Source: Owenia fusiformis
Lineage: Eukaryota
NCBI GenBank assembly: GCA_903813345.2
Contig: CAIIXF020000001.1
Coordinates: forward strand, 16,120,001-16,184,000
Length of the DNA: 64,000 nt
Direction: 5' to 3'
Both the position numbers and the translations under genes were made by a program. The notes under the pieces are model-generated. The model worked only from the letters and a program-made list of their open reading frames with translations. It was not told the origin of the DNA and searched no databases. Below are positions 50,304 through 63,615 of this stretch, piece by piece; position 1 is the stretch's first letter, and the number at the start of each line of letters is the position of its first letter.

Positions 50304-50543
50304 TTTGATAAAGTTTCATCCAAATTAAAATTAAAGCAGTTGAATAAGTTATATTCCATTCCTCATGTATCAAGGCCATCTAACTAGAATGTGAGTTATT
50401 CTTTAGATGCGGATACGTTCAAAATAAACTCTGTGTGTGTTTGTAAAGCATCAGCAATTATTTAAAGTATTTTGACAAGATGAATCATTTATCAGGTAAA
50501 TTTTCGAAATAAATTTTAATTTTATAAGTTGAATGATCAAATA

Positions 50544-51531
50544 CAGGGTGGTCCAAAAAAGTGAACCCCTGCAACAGGCTATATTTTCCTTAATACTTGC
50601 ATGAATACTCTCATATTATCACATGTTGTAGAGAAAGGTCTAAAATTTTGGTTGATGCCATAATTTATTCTCAGTCTTAAATTTTGAAGAAATTACAAGA
50701 GTTTAACAAACATGCCTGAAAATAAGATATTGTGCAAAATTTTACCAATGTGATTCACGGAAAGTGTTGAAACACACCGGATGATCTTAAACAGCTTTCA
50801 GTTAGAGATACAAGTTTAAAACTCTACCATATGACAAATGGGACACTATTTGAGCAGAAAACACATTTCACACGTTCATTGTTCATTCTGAAGCAGTTTT
50901 AACCATTCAACAGCTCAGGGGTATGTTACTTACACAAACAGTTAGAGGGGGCCTCTTGTGGAAGGAAGTTGCCCCCTGTGACCGGGTATCTGAGAAACCC
51001 TTCATCAGTTAGCTTTAAAAATCAAAAGAAAATCAAATATTCAATGTTTCGAGCCATATTTCATTAGAATTGGTACATGATTTATGAAGATATTGACATT
51101 CTAAGATCATATAGGGGTATAATTGCGATTTCACTGGAAAATGTTTTTGTCAATGGAAGCTTAGAACATTTTTTGGGATCACAATAACTATGCAACTAAC
51201 AAAGGTAGGATGCTAGTTTTAGGTCATAATGTACAGGATTCAAATTTGAACAAAGTCAGAAAATATTAGTTCTTTGAGACTGCAGCTTAAAAAATGTCAG
51301 GGGACGGGTGTTGAAGGGTTGAAGAATCGCGGATATTGAAAATCACATTTTATCCATTTTCAGTATTGTTTGGTTAGGGCTTATAATTTCTGCAAATTTC
51401 ATGAAAAATATGTGGTACCAACATAAATGTTAGACCTTCCTCTACAACATGTGAAAATATGACAGAATTCCTGCAAGTAATAAGGGAAATATTGCCCGTT
51501 GCAGGGGTTCACTTTTTTTTGGACCACCCTG
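50544..51531. mobile_element. Non-autonomous Tc1/mariner-type element (same family as 22327-23321)
   Basis: TIRs cagggtggtccaaaaaagtgaacccctgcaac; TA duplication relative to the empty site at ~42125. Confidence 0.88.
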
Positions 51532-52709
51532 TATATCTGATGGGCATAAAATCATGTATTCTTCATATTGTTTTCAACACTACGGTTATTATAAGCAAAC
51601 GTGACATCCTGTGTGCATATTGATGAACGGAGTTCAGGGGATATAAAGAATCCTCCACCAGTCTATCCGTACGTCCGTCTGGGCAATTATTATTATGTAC
51701 CCTATTTGAGAAAAGTTCTGTTCGAAAGGTATTACAACGTATCATTTTAATGTATTTTTAATCCATTTCACACACTTCTTGAGATGTCTTCAATCCTACC
51801 ACTGAAGTGTTGAAAACGGGTTTAAACTGACCAAGGACGTAATTGACCTGCTTGGATTCGTTGTGTCGACGGGATAAAGACTGCCTATAAGCAAGAACTT
51901 GGACGTGCTCGGGCGGGAAGGTAATTTAGAATTTTGAACCATTTCAAAATTCGACGGCGGCCATACCGTTCTGTAATTAAATCGAGTGACAACGTAGTTC
52001 AAACAAGATGACCTACTAGACTAGGAACGTAATTGCCTTACTTCGACTCTACTAGGGATGCGCTTACCCCCCTTTCACACCAAACTAGTTCTTACCCGTT
52101 CTTGCCAGTCCTACGAAAACGTCGTAAAACGGGCTCAATCTGGCTATGGTCGGGAAATATGTCTAATAAAAGCTACTTCGTTCATAAACAGTCGTCAATA
52201 CGTCCATCGCATTCGCAGTTCGTTCAGGTCGCACCACGTCGGCGTGCAAAGTCGTATAACGCGTCCCCTTAGTCTAGAACGGGGTTTTCGGAAAAGACCG
52301 ACCCCACCGACCACCGACCGGTCGGTGTTTTCCACTGGTAGCCTCAAAACAGGGTTTGAAGAAAATGTGTAAAAGACCGACCATATCATGTAAAAAACCG
52401 AACATATTTGTAGCCTTAATAATTTGATTTTGAATGTCAATCGTTGGACTAGGCAACGTTTTTTACCGATTTTGTACCTTGCAACGAATGGCAAGCAAAC
52501 AAATTGGTCATGACCGTCTCCTCTCGATTAATTGCCCTGCCTTAGGTCCTAACCTATCATGAACCAACCTATCGTTTCTACGGGAATCTATCATAATTTT
52601 TTACTGAAATTTAACTATTCCCAACAGCCAGGGTGATTTATTGTAGGAATTTAAGTAATGGTTGAGAAGGGTATATAACTTATGTTCTGTAAACCACATT
52701 TTTTTTAAA

Positions 52710-55700
52710 AACTGTATATTCAATTATTACCGCTACTGTACGCATACGACTGGACTTCTATGCAAAGGTTTTGAAGCGGCGTCTTTTTGTATTTTGAAAA
52801 TGAATATTGTTTCTGTTAAATACTCTGTGAGTCTCGAATGTTTGGGTGTGAATGTATGTTTTTGTGACTTTGCAAATCATACCATGTATTTATGTGCGAT
52901 AGTGTGTGCTTTGATGTGCGTGAGTGTGTTGCACCTGAATGCCTTTTGTGTGTGCATGTCTTTTGTATTGAACAGGATTTATGTGAGTAACTCAAATACA
53001 TATACGAGTTTTTATTGTGTAAGGTATGAGGTAGTGTGTTATATCCTATCTGTAGATGCACTAGACCGAGAAAATATAAAATGCTTTTATCTGATATTCC
53101 TCCGGGGTTTTGACCACCTTGGCAAGTATAATGTATGTATGCCTGTGTTACGCGGTCTTATGGCTAAATCTTTGGTGAAACCATATTGCTCCTATCCGTA
53201 ACTTAAATTTAGGGTCCCTAAATACGAAGGGACTGAGACAAAATAAAAAGAGGGCGTCTATTTTCTTATTTCTGAAAAGAAAAAGACTTGATGTTGTTTT
53301 TCTACAAGAAACCCATTCGTCAATAGCCGATGAAAATATGTGGAAAAGGGAATGGGGATCTGATATATATTTTGCGCATGGTCAAAAACGGAGCGAGCGT
53401 GGAGTCGCGATACTTTTTTCTAAACATCAGCGATATGACATTTTGGATATCGATACACATTCGTCAGGTAGGTATGTTATCATTAAATGTAAAATAGGTA
53501 CTCACTCTTATACTTTTGTGAATATCTACGCGCCAAACGATGGTCACGAAAATAAGACTTTTTTTGAAAAGCTTCACACTCATATTTCAACGAACTTTGC
53601 TTCAGATTTTTTGATTATAGGAGGTGATTGTAACATGATTCTCGACCCTAATACGGATAGATATTCCTACGGAATGACAAAACATAAAGAATCCGAATCT
53701 GCCGGTATCGTGAGATCAATGATACATGATTTTAATCTTTTTGATATCTGGAGAACGTTAAACCCTTCTGCGGTACAATATACTTATGAGTCCTTTGCGA
53801 AGGATGAGTTTAAAAATTCTAAATTTAAAAGTAGGATTGATATGTTTTTTGTTGACAGGAGGATCAAAAAGAATTGTGAGTGCTTTATCGAGCCTGCCAT
53901 TCTTTCTGATCATAAATTATTACGACTTAATATTGGTTTGGATACAGAAATGAGGGGGGCGGGTTTTTGGAAATTTAATAATAGTTTGCTACAAGACGAG
54001 GAGTACTCTTTAAGCATCCGAAGCCTCATAACAAAATTACGTGACGAGCACCGTGATCTCAGCAAGATCGAATTATGGGAATTCATGAAGTTCAAAATTA
54101 AGGAAAAGACAATACATTTTTCTAAGTTAAAATGTCGTGAAAATCGAAAAGCTGAACTTGAGTTACTAAAGGAAATCGAACATCTTGAATCTTTAATTGC
54201 AAGTGACGGCTCTACCTTAATCTCTTCGGTATGTGAAGCCTATGAAAGAGCAAAAGTCAAACTTGAAAAAATGTGTATCTATAAGGCGGAAGGTCATTTG
54301 ATCCGAGCAAAAATTGACCAGTATGAAAAAAATGAAAGATGTACGTCTTTTTTCTTTAATTTGGAAAAATCAAGCCACGAGAAAAATCACATAACAAATT
54401 TGTCGATTGGTGGAGTAAGTATCGAAAATGATACTCGTATTTTGAATGAAATTAAACTCTTTTATCAAGATTTATACTCTGAAAAGGTCTCGCCCGATTT
54501 CAAAGATTTTGACATTTTTACTAATAATCTACAGTCGCGTAAACTATCTGAAGCGCAGAAGGCATCGTGCGAACTCAGACTTACTGAAGCAGAATGCTTT
54601 AAAGTTCTCTCAACGTTTAAGTCCAACAAAACACCGGGGAGTGATGGCCTTTCGGCCGAATGGTATAAAGCATTTTGGAACGACATTTCGACAGGTGTTG
54701 TTGACAGTTTTAACCTCTCACTTAGAGTAGGACTCTTATCTGTTAGTCAAAGGCAGGGCGTAATATCTTTGATTGAAAAATCGGGAAAGGATTTATCTCT
54801 GCTTAAAAACTGGCGTCCAATTTCATTGTTAAATATAGATTATAAAATTGTTTCTAAAGTGGTAAGTAAGAGAATTGAAGCGGTTCTCTGTGCGATTATT
54901 GAACCCGATCAGACTGCCTTTGTCAAAGGAAGACTGATTGGCGAAAACATTCGATTTATGGAGGATTTACTAGTATATACTAGAGAAAGGAAAATACCAG
55001 GCATTATTTCTTTAATTGACTTTGAAAAAGCATATGACAGTATCGAATGGAGTTTTATTGATTTTGCGTTGCGGTACTTTAATTTTGGCGATGAGTTAAT
55101 CCGTTGGGTTAAGCTCTTTTACACTGATATCAATAGCTGCGTATTGAACAACGGGCATTCTACTGGGTGGTTTAAAGTACATAGGGGTGTCCGTCAAGGA
55201 GATCCGTTAAGTTGCTCCCTTTTTGTTATATGTATTGAGGTTCTTGCCCTTAAGATCAGGCAAGATGAAAATGTGAAAGGAATCGATCTAAATGGCCACA
55301 CTCAGAAATTGATTATGTATGCCGATGACACGTCTCTAATACTCAAAGATGCAAATTCCCTTGAAGCTGCCTTAAGCATTTTCGAAAATTTTTATCAATT
55401 ATCGGGCCTAAAAATTAATAAGGAAAAAACCGAATGTTTTAGTGTTGGTGCCAACCATGATGGTGTAAATCCGAATATTGGGGGCTGTATTTGGGTAAAG
55501 AGGCCAAGTAAGTTTTTAGGCATCAGTGTATCATACGATCCAGAGCATAATAAGGCGATAAATTTTGACCGGAAAATAGAATCGTTGAAGAGGGTTCTGA
55601 ACCTCTGGGGTAAGCGAAATCTCACCATTTACGGTCGTATTATGATAATCAAATCCCTTGCAGTTTCACAGATCGTATATTCTATGTCCATGACTGTTAC

Positions 55701-57120
55701 GCCCGACAGCATCATTTCAAAGGTGAATACTTTGATTTATAATTTTTTGTGGAAAGGGAAACGGGATAAAATAAAGCGAAATACTGTGGTCGGATCTTAT
55801 GATCAGGGGGGCATTCGTATGGTGAACATGACATCGATGGAAAAAGCACTAAAAATTATGTGGCTTAAACGATTCCTTGATGACCAACTTAGCCACTGGA
55901 AAGTGATTCCGCGAATATATTTTGAACATTTTGGCGGTCTTAATCTACTTCTGCAATGTAGATATGATGTACGCCTATTTAAACAAAAAATCCCCGATTT
56001 CTATATGAATGCTCTTTCATATTATTCAACGGTAAGTGAGACGGAGGAACCAAAAAACAGTTCTGAGGTAAAGAGCGAGATACTATGGCATAATAAATAC
56101 ATACTTAGGGAGGGTAAACAGATATTTCAAAAAAGCCTTTTCGAAATGGGGGTTGTTCAAATAAATGATTTACTAAATGGGAATGGTAGTTTTATGGAAC
56201 TGAATGATTTTAAATACAAGTTCCAGGTGGATATAAACTTTTTAGACTACATTAGCCTAATATCTTCCATTCCAAAGAAATGGAAATCAATTTTAAAAAG
56301 CGATCCGAAAGCGAAGTGTGAAACCGAATATACTGAAAGCATCGAAGAGTTTTTTATTGGTAACAAAACGGTCCACATCAAAAATTTGAATACAAAAATG
56401 ATTCAATTGTACATCAATCAACAATGTTTTTCTGAATCAATAAGCGTTAAGCGCTTATGTTGCAAATATAATGTTAACGCTCGAGATATGTGTTCAATGG
56501 TATATGACATAACCAAAAACCACGCTTTTTGGGAATTACAGTATAAGATTATTAATAATATTTATGCCTCAAATTTGTACCTTAAACTTGTTGGTATACG
56601 TACGAATGATAAATGTGATTTTTGCGGCCAAAAAGAGACGATTGTCCACCGTTTTTGGGAGTGCAAGAACATCAAAAGTCTTTTAAAATATTTCGGAGAT
56701 CAATGGAGAGAAAAGGATATACACTTAAATGAGCAACACGTCATTGTTGGGTATTTCGATAGGAAACATTTTAGAACGTTTAACTTTTCCGTTTTGATAT
56801 TAAAATACTATGTTCATACAGCTTATTATTCCAACATGCCACTGACTTGTGTTGGATTTCAAGCCTATTTAAACGAAGGTCTCAGACTGGAAAATATTTT
56901 TGATGAGTGATTGTATGTGTGTGGTATGCATGATTGAATGAATGTCGTGTGAGTGGAATGGGTCTGTGTGTCGAATTTGGTATTCTTTGTATTTCTATTT
57001 CATTTGTAAAAACGGCTTACAGCAAATCACTTGTATCCTTGTATCCTTGTGTAGTGAAAATGTATATTGAGAAAAAAAAAATAAACAAAAAAAAAAAAAA
57101 AAAAAAAAACAAAAAAACAA
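52710..57120 (+). mobile_element. Tx1/L1-clade non-LTR retrotransposon, apparently 5'-truncated (no ORF1); 5' boundary approximate
   Basis: APE+RT ORF2, short TG-rich 3' UTR and poly(A) at 57072-57120. Confidence 0.9.
53179..56910 (+). CDS. LINE ORF2 (APE endonuclease, reverse transcriptase, C-terminal Cys/His motif); open from 53179, first in-frame ATG at 53338
   Basis: GSLNTKGL, FLQETH, NIYAPN, GGDCN, SRIDMF, SDH, WKFNNSLL, KTPGSDG, NWRPISLLN, DFEKAYD, GVRQGDPLS, YADD, CDFCG..ETIVHRFWEC. Confidence 0.95.
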   Translation, partial: NHIAPIRNLNLGSLNTKGLRQNKKRASIFLFLKRKRLDVVFLQETHSSIADENMWKREWGSDIYFAHGQKRSERGVAILFSKHQRYDILDIDTHSSGRYVIIKCKIGTHSYTFVNIYAPNDGHENKTFFEKLHTHISTNFASDFLIIGGDCNMILDPNTDRYSYGMTKHKESESAGIVRSMIHDFNLFDIWRTLNPSAVQYTYESFAKDEFKNSKFKSRIDMFFVDRRIKKNCECFIEPAILSDHKLLRLNIGLDTEMRGAGFWKFNNSLLQDEEYSLSIRSLITKLRDEHRDLSKIELWEFMKFKIKEKTIHFSKLKCRENRKAELELLKEIEHLESLIASDGSTLISSVCEAYERAKVKLEKMCIYKAEGHLIRAKIDQYEKNERCTSFFFNLEKSSHEKNHITNLSIGGVSIENDTRILNEIKLFYQDLYSEKVSPDFKDFDIFTNNLQSRKLSEAQKASCELRLTEAECFKVLSTFKSNKTPGSDGLSAEWYKAFWNDISTGVVDSFNLSLRVGLLSVSQRQGVISLIEKSGKDLSLLKNWRPISLLNIDYKIVSKVVSKRIEAVLCAIIEPDQTAFVKGRLIGENIRFMEDLLVYTRERKIPGIISLIDFEKAYDSIEWSFIDFALRYFNFGDELIRWVKLFYTDINSCVLNNGHSTGWFKVHRGVRQGDPLSCSLFVICIEVLALKIRQDENVKGIDLNGHTQKLIMYADDTSLILKDANSLEAALSIFENFYQLSGLKINKEKTECFSVGANHDGVNPNIGGCIWVKRPSKFLGISVSYDPEHNKAINFDRKIESLKRVLNLWGKRNLTIYGRIMIIKSLAVSQIVYSMSMTVTPDSIISKVNTLIYNFLWKGKRDKIKRNTVVGSYDQGGIRMVNMTSMEKALKIMWLKRFLDDQLSHWKVIPRIYFEHFGGLNLLLQCRYDVRLFKQKIPDFYMNALSYYSTVSETEEPKNSSEVKSEILWHNKYILREGKQIFQKSLFEMGVVQINDLLNGNGSFMELNDFKYKFQVDINFLDYISLISSIPKKWKSILKSDPKAKCETEYTESIEEFFIGNKTVHIKNLNTKMIQLYINQQCFSESISVKRLCCKYNVNARDMCSMVYDITKNHAFWELQYKIINNIYASNLYLKLVGIRTNDKCDFCGQKETIVHRFWECKNIKSLLKYFGDQWREKDIHLNEQHVIVGYFDRKHFRTFNFSVLILKYYVHTAYYSNMPLTCVGFQAYLNEGLRLENIFDE

Positions 57121-59646
57121 TTTCGAAACAAAAATGATTTGTTATTGTCATAGCCTACTGAATACTGAACACGATATAATGTTACATGCGTTCTCTTATC
57201 GGGATTAAAAGTGACTTACCATTTCAGTACACCATTAGAAAGCTTTTTTTTGTCATATCAAATGTAGTTTTTACCAGTTGACGTTTAACAACTGAGAAAT
57301 CAAACATAACGTTACGACGTCAACATCGACGATGTTTGTGTGTTTTTGTTATTGCGTTTCATATGAATGAAGAATGAACGTAATGCAATGTTACGTGCGT
57401 TTTTTCCAAAGTGACTAACCAGGATGAAATTGGTCTTCTAACAACTGAAACATCACTTAAAAATATGACATTACACACCACGACGATGTAACGTTTTCAT
57501 CGTGATTTGAAATGATAATTATACGTTTTTAAATCACGACCTAGTAAAGGTACTATAGTCATTGGATTCCCAGTTTTAGTTTTACTTCTAATTTTGTATT
57601 TTTCATCTTTATGTAAAAGACCGTCAGCCGACCACCGACCACATGTACCCAACTGTGGAGAGTGACTGGTCGGTGGTCGGCGGTCGGTGTTTTACGAAAA
57701 CCCGTCTAGAAGGTCATCATGACCTGATTACAGAACGGTATGGTCGCAATCGAATTCTAAAATCACCTTCCCGTCTGAGAAGGTTCATGAAGTTCGTAAA
57801 CAGTCCTTAGAAAGTTGCAGCTACGTTCACTCAATCACTCGTAATTCGCACACAGTTTAAAAGTTTTGAAGAACGCAGTGGCAACTTGTTTGGTGTGATA
57901 GCTATATTTTTGCTAACTCGTTCATAAGCAGTCTTTAATACGTTTTTAATCAGTTTAAACCCGTTTGCAATCAGTTCTACCTCGTTTTCAATACGTCCTC
58001 AGACAGTTCAACTCGTTGTAAAAACGTCCCTGGTAGGATTGAAGTACGACGGTTAAGTTCGTAGTACGTAGTTCGTAGTACGTCCAGTTCGTTCTAATTC
58101 TAATTGCATAGTATTGTAATCAGTTATTTAACATATAATCTTGCATTTTAACAATTTAAGAGTGTTTAAACGTTAACTATGCTATCTTATGAGTCAGTGC
58201 AAGTGGTCTCATATATGATCTAGTTATATAATACTTTCTTTTGAGACCCTTATTGTTTTATATTCATATTCATACTTCACACTGTTTTATATAGACTTTG
58301 ACATGATCCAAATGTTACATGTACAGTCATATTTTGTTCATGGAATGTATTCTGTACTTTCATTGCAAAGATATTTTACTGCACACTCAAATTCATAAAT
58401 GTATAAATAATATCACAATAATCTGACTAAACATTATATTAAATCATATAAATTGTCAAAGCATGAAGTCAAAAAGTAAGACATTATATAAAATCACATA
58501 CAAATCATTTAAACTTAACTCATATTAACAATTACTTCATTTTTATCATGTAAGTTCTATATGTTAAAACTGTCTAATAATATATTTTACTAAAAAATAA
58601 ATATTATGTTGGCACATTCTGGGTGTGTGGTGGGCTGTACCATAGATAGCTGATTAGCATATCTAAGACTAGGCCAAAATCTCAATGTTACAGTCCCAAA
58701 TTATACTAAGTAATTAATCCATTGTTTTTTTCAATCAGAAATAACAAAATGTAATGGACTTCTACCCCATTCACTTAACATTAATGGGAATACATCTATG
58801 TTTGACCTTGCCCCACATTTGTGAAGGACAATCCTGATTTTGGCTCAAAAGCACAAGAATTAAAATATAGTAACACCCCGACATTTGTTCACACAGATCA
58901 CACAGATCTCTTATGCCCGGGATAAGAATTGAACCTATTTTGCCCAAACCTCATGTTTGCTGAAGTCCAGTCAAGGTAGGATTCCAAGATCAAATGTCGG
59001 GGTGTTATAGATGTACCTGGCATAAGAATAAATATGTTTAAGATCAGACAAAAATCATTGTGTTAATATCAAGAATGTTCTGGACGGTAACTCATTGAGG
59101 TGCTATAATATCTGTGAGAGGGGACTGTACTACTGTACAGGGAGTGCCAGTCTATTCAAAAGTTAATGGACCGGTTAATTTCAACATGCAAAATACAGTG
59201 CACTTTATCCATGGTATAAGATCTGTGCCCATACCCATGTATTACAGTCCTATGCTCAACCAGATTTTTGGGGGAAGATTTGGGCACTTGTGGGTATTAA
59301 ATTATGGGCACTTTTGACCTTTAAATATGAAATGTGTAGCACACAGCCTGCACCCCTGGGCATAACTATTGTTATATCTTGACTTCCTCTGAGACTGCAT
59401 TGTATTGTGCGCATTCCTCCACCTCCACTTTTCTACTTTGAGTTTTACAATATCTGGAAAAATCCAAGAAATTAGAAAACAAAATATTGGAATATGGAAG
59501 TAAATTGAAATATGTGTGGTTTTAGCATCTGGCATTGAACTTTAAGGTTGTTTACTGGTGAAAAAAGAAACTGACGGACATCAACTTTTTATTTCATTAA
59601 TATTAAGTTCATACGGAAGAAGTGCCCATTTTGAAGTACAAGTTTA

Positions 59647-62600
59647 TTATAATTTTCTTTTGAAATTTTCATAGTCTTGAAATCTAGTCAAAAATAAGTT
59701 ATTCATTTGACATTTAAGTCTGACCCTATCGAGATTCTGACATGAAAGAATGCAATTGGTAGTCTACGGTAGATCTTGTTACTGTACCTTTCATATAATT
59801 CTTGTTGCGTTCTGAGTCTCCTCTCCTCTGTAATTGGATAGGACCAGAGAACCAGAAGACCAATCAGGATAAAGACGATTGGTAGAGGTGCGACTAATAA
59901 TCTCAGAGTGAGGCCAACCGATTTTGGTTGTGTACATGCCCCAGTCACATAGCCACCAATACTGAAAGCAGATTACAACAATTTTAAGTGAACAGTAAAA
60001 CCTGTCAAAGTGGAACACCTTTGGTATCTCTAAAATGTGTTCCACTTGGGAGTTGTTCCACTTATATATAGAGGTTCATTAAACATTAAGTCACTTGGTC
60101 TTGGGACTCTGAAATGTTTTCCATAAACAGAGATATTCTACTTCTAGCGGTGTTCCACTTATGTTCCACATTTACAAAACTAACATTTTAGTATTTTATA
60201 TCATTTGATATTCCACTGATCCTACAATTGATACTACAATTGATACTACAAGTGCACATGTGTTCAAACAGAATTCACTAGGGTGTTGACTGAGGTTACA
60301 TCAATAAGTTAACACTTAAATGGTAAGAGACAAAAATAAAAAATTATATACCCCAGTGCTAGTTGTGACAGTCCCAGTGAGACCCCTACAGCTAACTTGT
60401 TGAAGAAGACATAGAAAGAGTAGAAAAGGGCATCTTTCCTGGTGTTTGTCTTCAACATAAAGTCATCGAGAACATCAGGCAGCATTGACCTATAAAAGGT
60501 TTAACAAAAACATTTTTCAATAAGCATAGAATGTTTTCAAATTAACAATTTTAAAGTATATGATCTAATGCACAATCTTGATTAATCTTCAAAAAGTCAA
60601 ATTAGGAATAAATAGCAACTTTTCAAAAATTGGTGTCTGATTTTGGCTCACTTTATTCCTTCTAGTATTAGGGCAGTTGTTATTCATGTAATGGAATTAT
60701 TGGAGTAATACATGGATTTTAAATCTAAAGCCGCATCATTTGTTTAGAAATCACGATTCTTTTTGGGATATTTGGATTAGTAATGGCTTGGGTCACATTT
60801 TCTCGGAGTTGGCGCCCGTCTGACTGAGTATTTTGTTCAGAATTTAATACAATTTTGAACAAAATTCTCAATCAGCCCGGTGTCGGACGATGAATTGGAG
60901 CAAATGTGACCCATGCATCAAGGACAAAAAATGATTAAAAATTTTGTCACAATTTCTGTTCATGCAAAATGACTGCAAAATAAAATGAAACTTGTCATGA
61001 AGTTTAAATAATGTTTACATGTAAAATTATAATTAAAGAAGCTCACCATGGCAATAAAAATGCTACAGAGAGGGCAGTACCAGCTATTGCCACGGTTGCA
61101 TAAAAAACTGCAACATTTCCTGCTGGAACAAATAGCTGTACAAACAACAGCGGAATGAAGATCTGCAACAAAAAGTAACTACTGTAATATGTAATAAGTG
61201 AAAATATTGGACAATCTTGTGGTTGAAAGTATTTAAGACTAGATGTTTTCTCTAATAAGGACATCGCCTTGTATTATCATTAACTGACACTTTTTCAGAC
61301 ATGTTTTAATATCCTCTTGCATGTAAATCTTGTCCTTGCCTATTTAAATTTGCCCAATGGCCAGAATATAGAACCATAGAAGAAATAAAAAATAATATAC
61401 ATGTACATGTTTCCGCTATAATAGAATGATACCTCAGGTACTTACTATCATGCCATAGGCAAATGTGGCTTTCTTGCCTATCTTTCTGATACAGATCTGC
61501 CATAGTGGCATACATGCTATAGCTACAAGCTGAAAGAAAGTACAATGGGCTATTATAGTGGCGAAAATGCAATCATTGTGGATAGGGGAACCCAGTTTTA
61601 CTCCGAAACAGTTTTAGGCTGATTCTGATGTTCTGTTTATGAGCATTTTTCAACATTTTTAGACTTTGATAGAAATGAACTTTTTGACAGAAAAATGAAT
61701 AAATTTAGTGTTACCTGTACACTGTCTTTGTTCACAATTTTCATAGCAAAAATCAAATCAAAGAAGGAAACTTGTTCTTGTAATAGATCAAATGAAAATA
61801 TACTATTGGTTTAGTTTTCAACTTCACCCCTTCCAACCCTCAAGTGAAATAACTTTTTGGTTGGGAATACATTGTTATTTTGATACCATCCCTTGAACAA
61901 TTCATGGCATCTGACATCTCATTGGATTAGGAATAACAAATTAGAATATCATAACTTACCAATAAGACAAGAATTCCTAATGCAAAGTGACTCCCAAGGT
62001 TAAGTGCATGTGTGCAGTATAAAGCCAGGTTGCCCTGTACCACCTAGGACAAAAGTATTTATATTAAAGTTTATTCAATTGTTATTTTCATGTAATGTTC
62101 TGTATAGGCTAGTGAAACCTAACTAAATGTCTTATGTGAAGGTGCCAATTCTTTCATCCGAGCACTAATAACTTGCATATACTCTGCACTTTTGAAGAAC
62201 ATGTTTAGGAGTAATTTACATATCTTGTACTTGTACGTTTTATGGGGTTTTCACCGCCTATATCTAATATCAGTAACAGGCTGATACTTGTACTGAATGT
62301 ATCCGAAACTGTCACACATATACTGGTACCGTTAAAACAGTAATATTTATGCAGGTGTTTTACATATGGCCACCCACCCACCTGTACTGCTAGAGATACA
62401 AATAAGAATGCCACGGTTAGTTTAACATATGGACCATGGGTGAACACCAACTTTAACCCTGAGAGAAAACCTTCCTCTTTTTCATCTACAGATATACCTA
62501 TAATGAAATCATAATGCATCTTGTTCAACATGCTTTTATGAAAAAATGAGGATTTCTCAATACAATACAATACAGTACAATACGATACAATACAATGCAA

Positions 62601-63615
62601 TAGTCCAAGTACAGTACGTCAGTACTATAGTATAAGCAATTTCTATTATCTGAGGTTTGCAAGTTGAAGCAATTTTTTTATCAATAAAAATTATTTTAAT
62701 CAATCTATCAACAATAATTTTATCAATCAACATAGTATTTTGAAACTCAAATTCTTAATCACAAAAGTTTTGAAAAACAAAAGAGTTTTCATCATTGTAT
62801 TTTAAATGGAATAGACTGACAGACTATAATTCACAATTTAATCATAATTCATTATTTTACAAACATATTATGATATTTTACTGAAGTGGAATAAAAAAAT
62901 GTGGCAAACAAGACCTACTTTTATGTTCTTTGACTCCAAAGAAGACAAGACAACAGCAGATGAGATAGAAACAGCATGTTATAATGGCTGCCAGTATGTA
63001 GGACTTCTCCTGTAACACACCACATAAAAAGTACATTTTTAACACACACATTTGATAAAATATTGGTGACAGAGAGGGAGATTTGAATAATAAAAATGGA
63101 AATTTCAATGATCTTTTCTTTTTTGGTTGGAAGAAATCATACTAGTAGAAAGATATTCAGAGCATGTATTTTGGAAAACCTGTATGATCCTTACAGGACA
63201 AGAATACCATGTTTAAGAACAGGAATGTGATGTTTACAGGGCAGGACTCTGATATTTTGTCACCAGGGTCTAAGCGAGACATATTTAGGCACCTTTTGAC
63301 TTTATTTAATTACCAAGGCTTGGTTTAAAAAAAAGTTGACAAATATATTTCTTTAAAGGCAAAGCTCTGCCTTATACCTGGCTACACCCATACAACAGAA
63401 AGTACGAGTGTATGACAAAACTTTTTCTGTATTTAGCTAGAGTTAAGCACACACATTATGAGATACATAGAGCGTTACCTGAAGCAGTTGTTGTTCTGGT
63501 GAAACAGTGGGTGTCCCACCATTAGAGCTACATTCTGAGGCCACTCTGTATCTGTTCACCAGTGCACCCTGTATAGCAGTCCCCAGCACAATACCACCTA
63601 TTTCAGCTCCCATTC
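59647..63615 (-). CDS. MFSD2A: MFSD2-family (Na+/lysolipid symporter-like) MFS transporter, 3' part. Exons 63615-63479, 63009-62919, 62497-62382, 62043-61960, 61529-61446, 61162-61047, 60489-60352, 59961-59788, 59683-59647 (last exon tentative)
   Basis: RMGAEIGGIVLGTAIQG, LVFTHGPYVKL, VQGNLALYCT, FLLPWSMLPDVLDDF, FYSFYVFFNKLAVGVSLG, GYVTGACTQP and YPITEERR match MFSD2A/B motifs. A and B cannot be distinguished in an invertebrate. Confidence 0.92.

Larger units (their letters stand above)
52280..57704. mobile_element. Non-autonomous DNA transposon (CGGG(G)TTTTCG..ACCGACC termini) interrupted by a LINE
   Basis: Inverted ends with accgacc repeats; flanked by the direct repeat (g)tctagaa; empty site cttagtctagaaggtc at 42841. 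Confidence 0.8.
37066..59682. repeat. Tandem segmental duplication: unit A ~37066-47637, unit B ~47676-59682
   Basis: Collinear matching blocks (37160/47823, 40600/50200, 42120/51540, 44130/58102, 46000/59020, 47577/59622) interrupted by copy-specific transposon insertions. Confidence 0.92.

Noticed and set aside
52662-53201. ORF1 of the LINE
   Set aside because: Cys/Val-rich translation of a TG-rich spacer with no RRM, coiled-coil or zinc-knuckle features.
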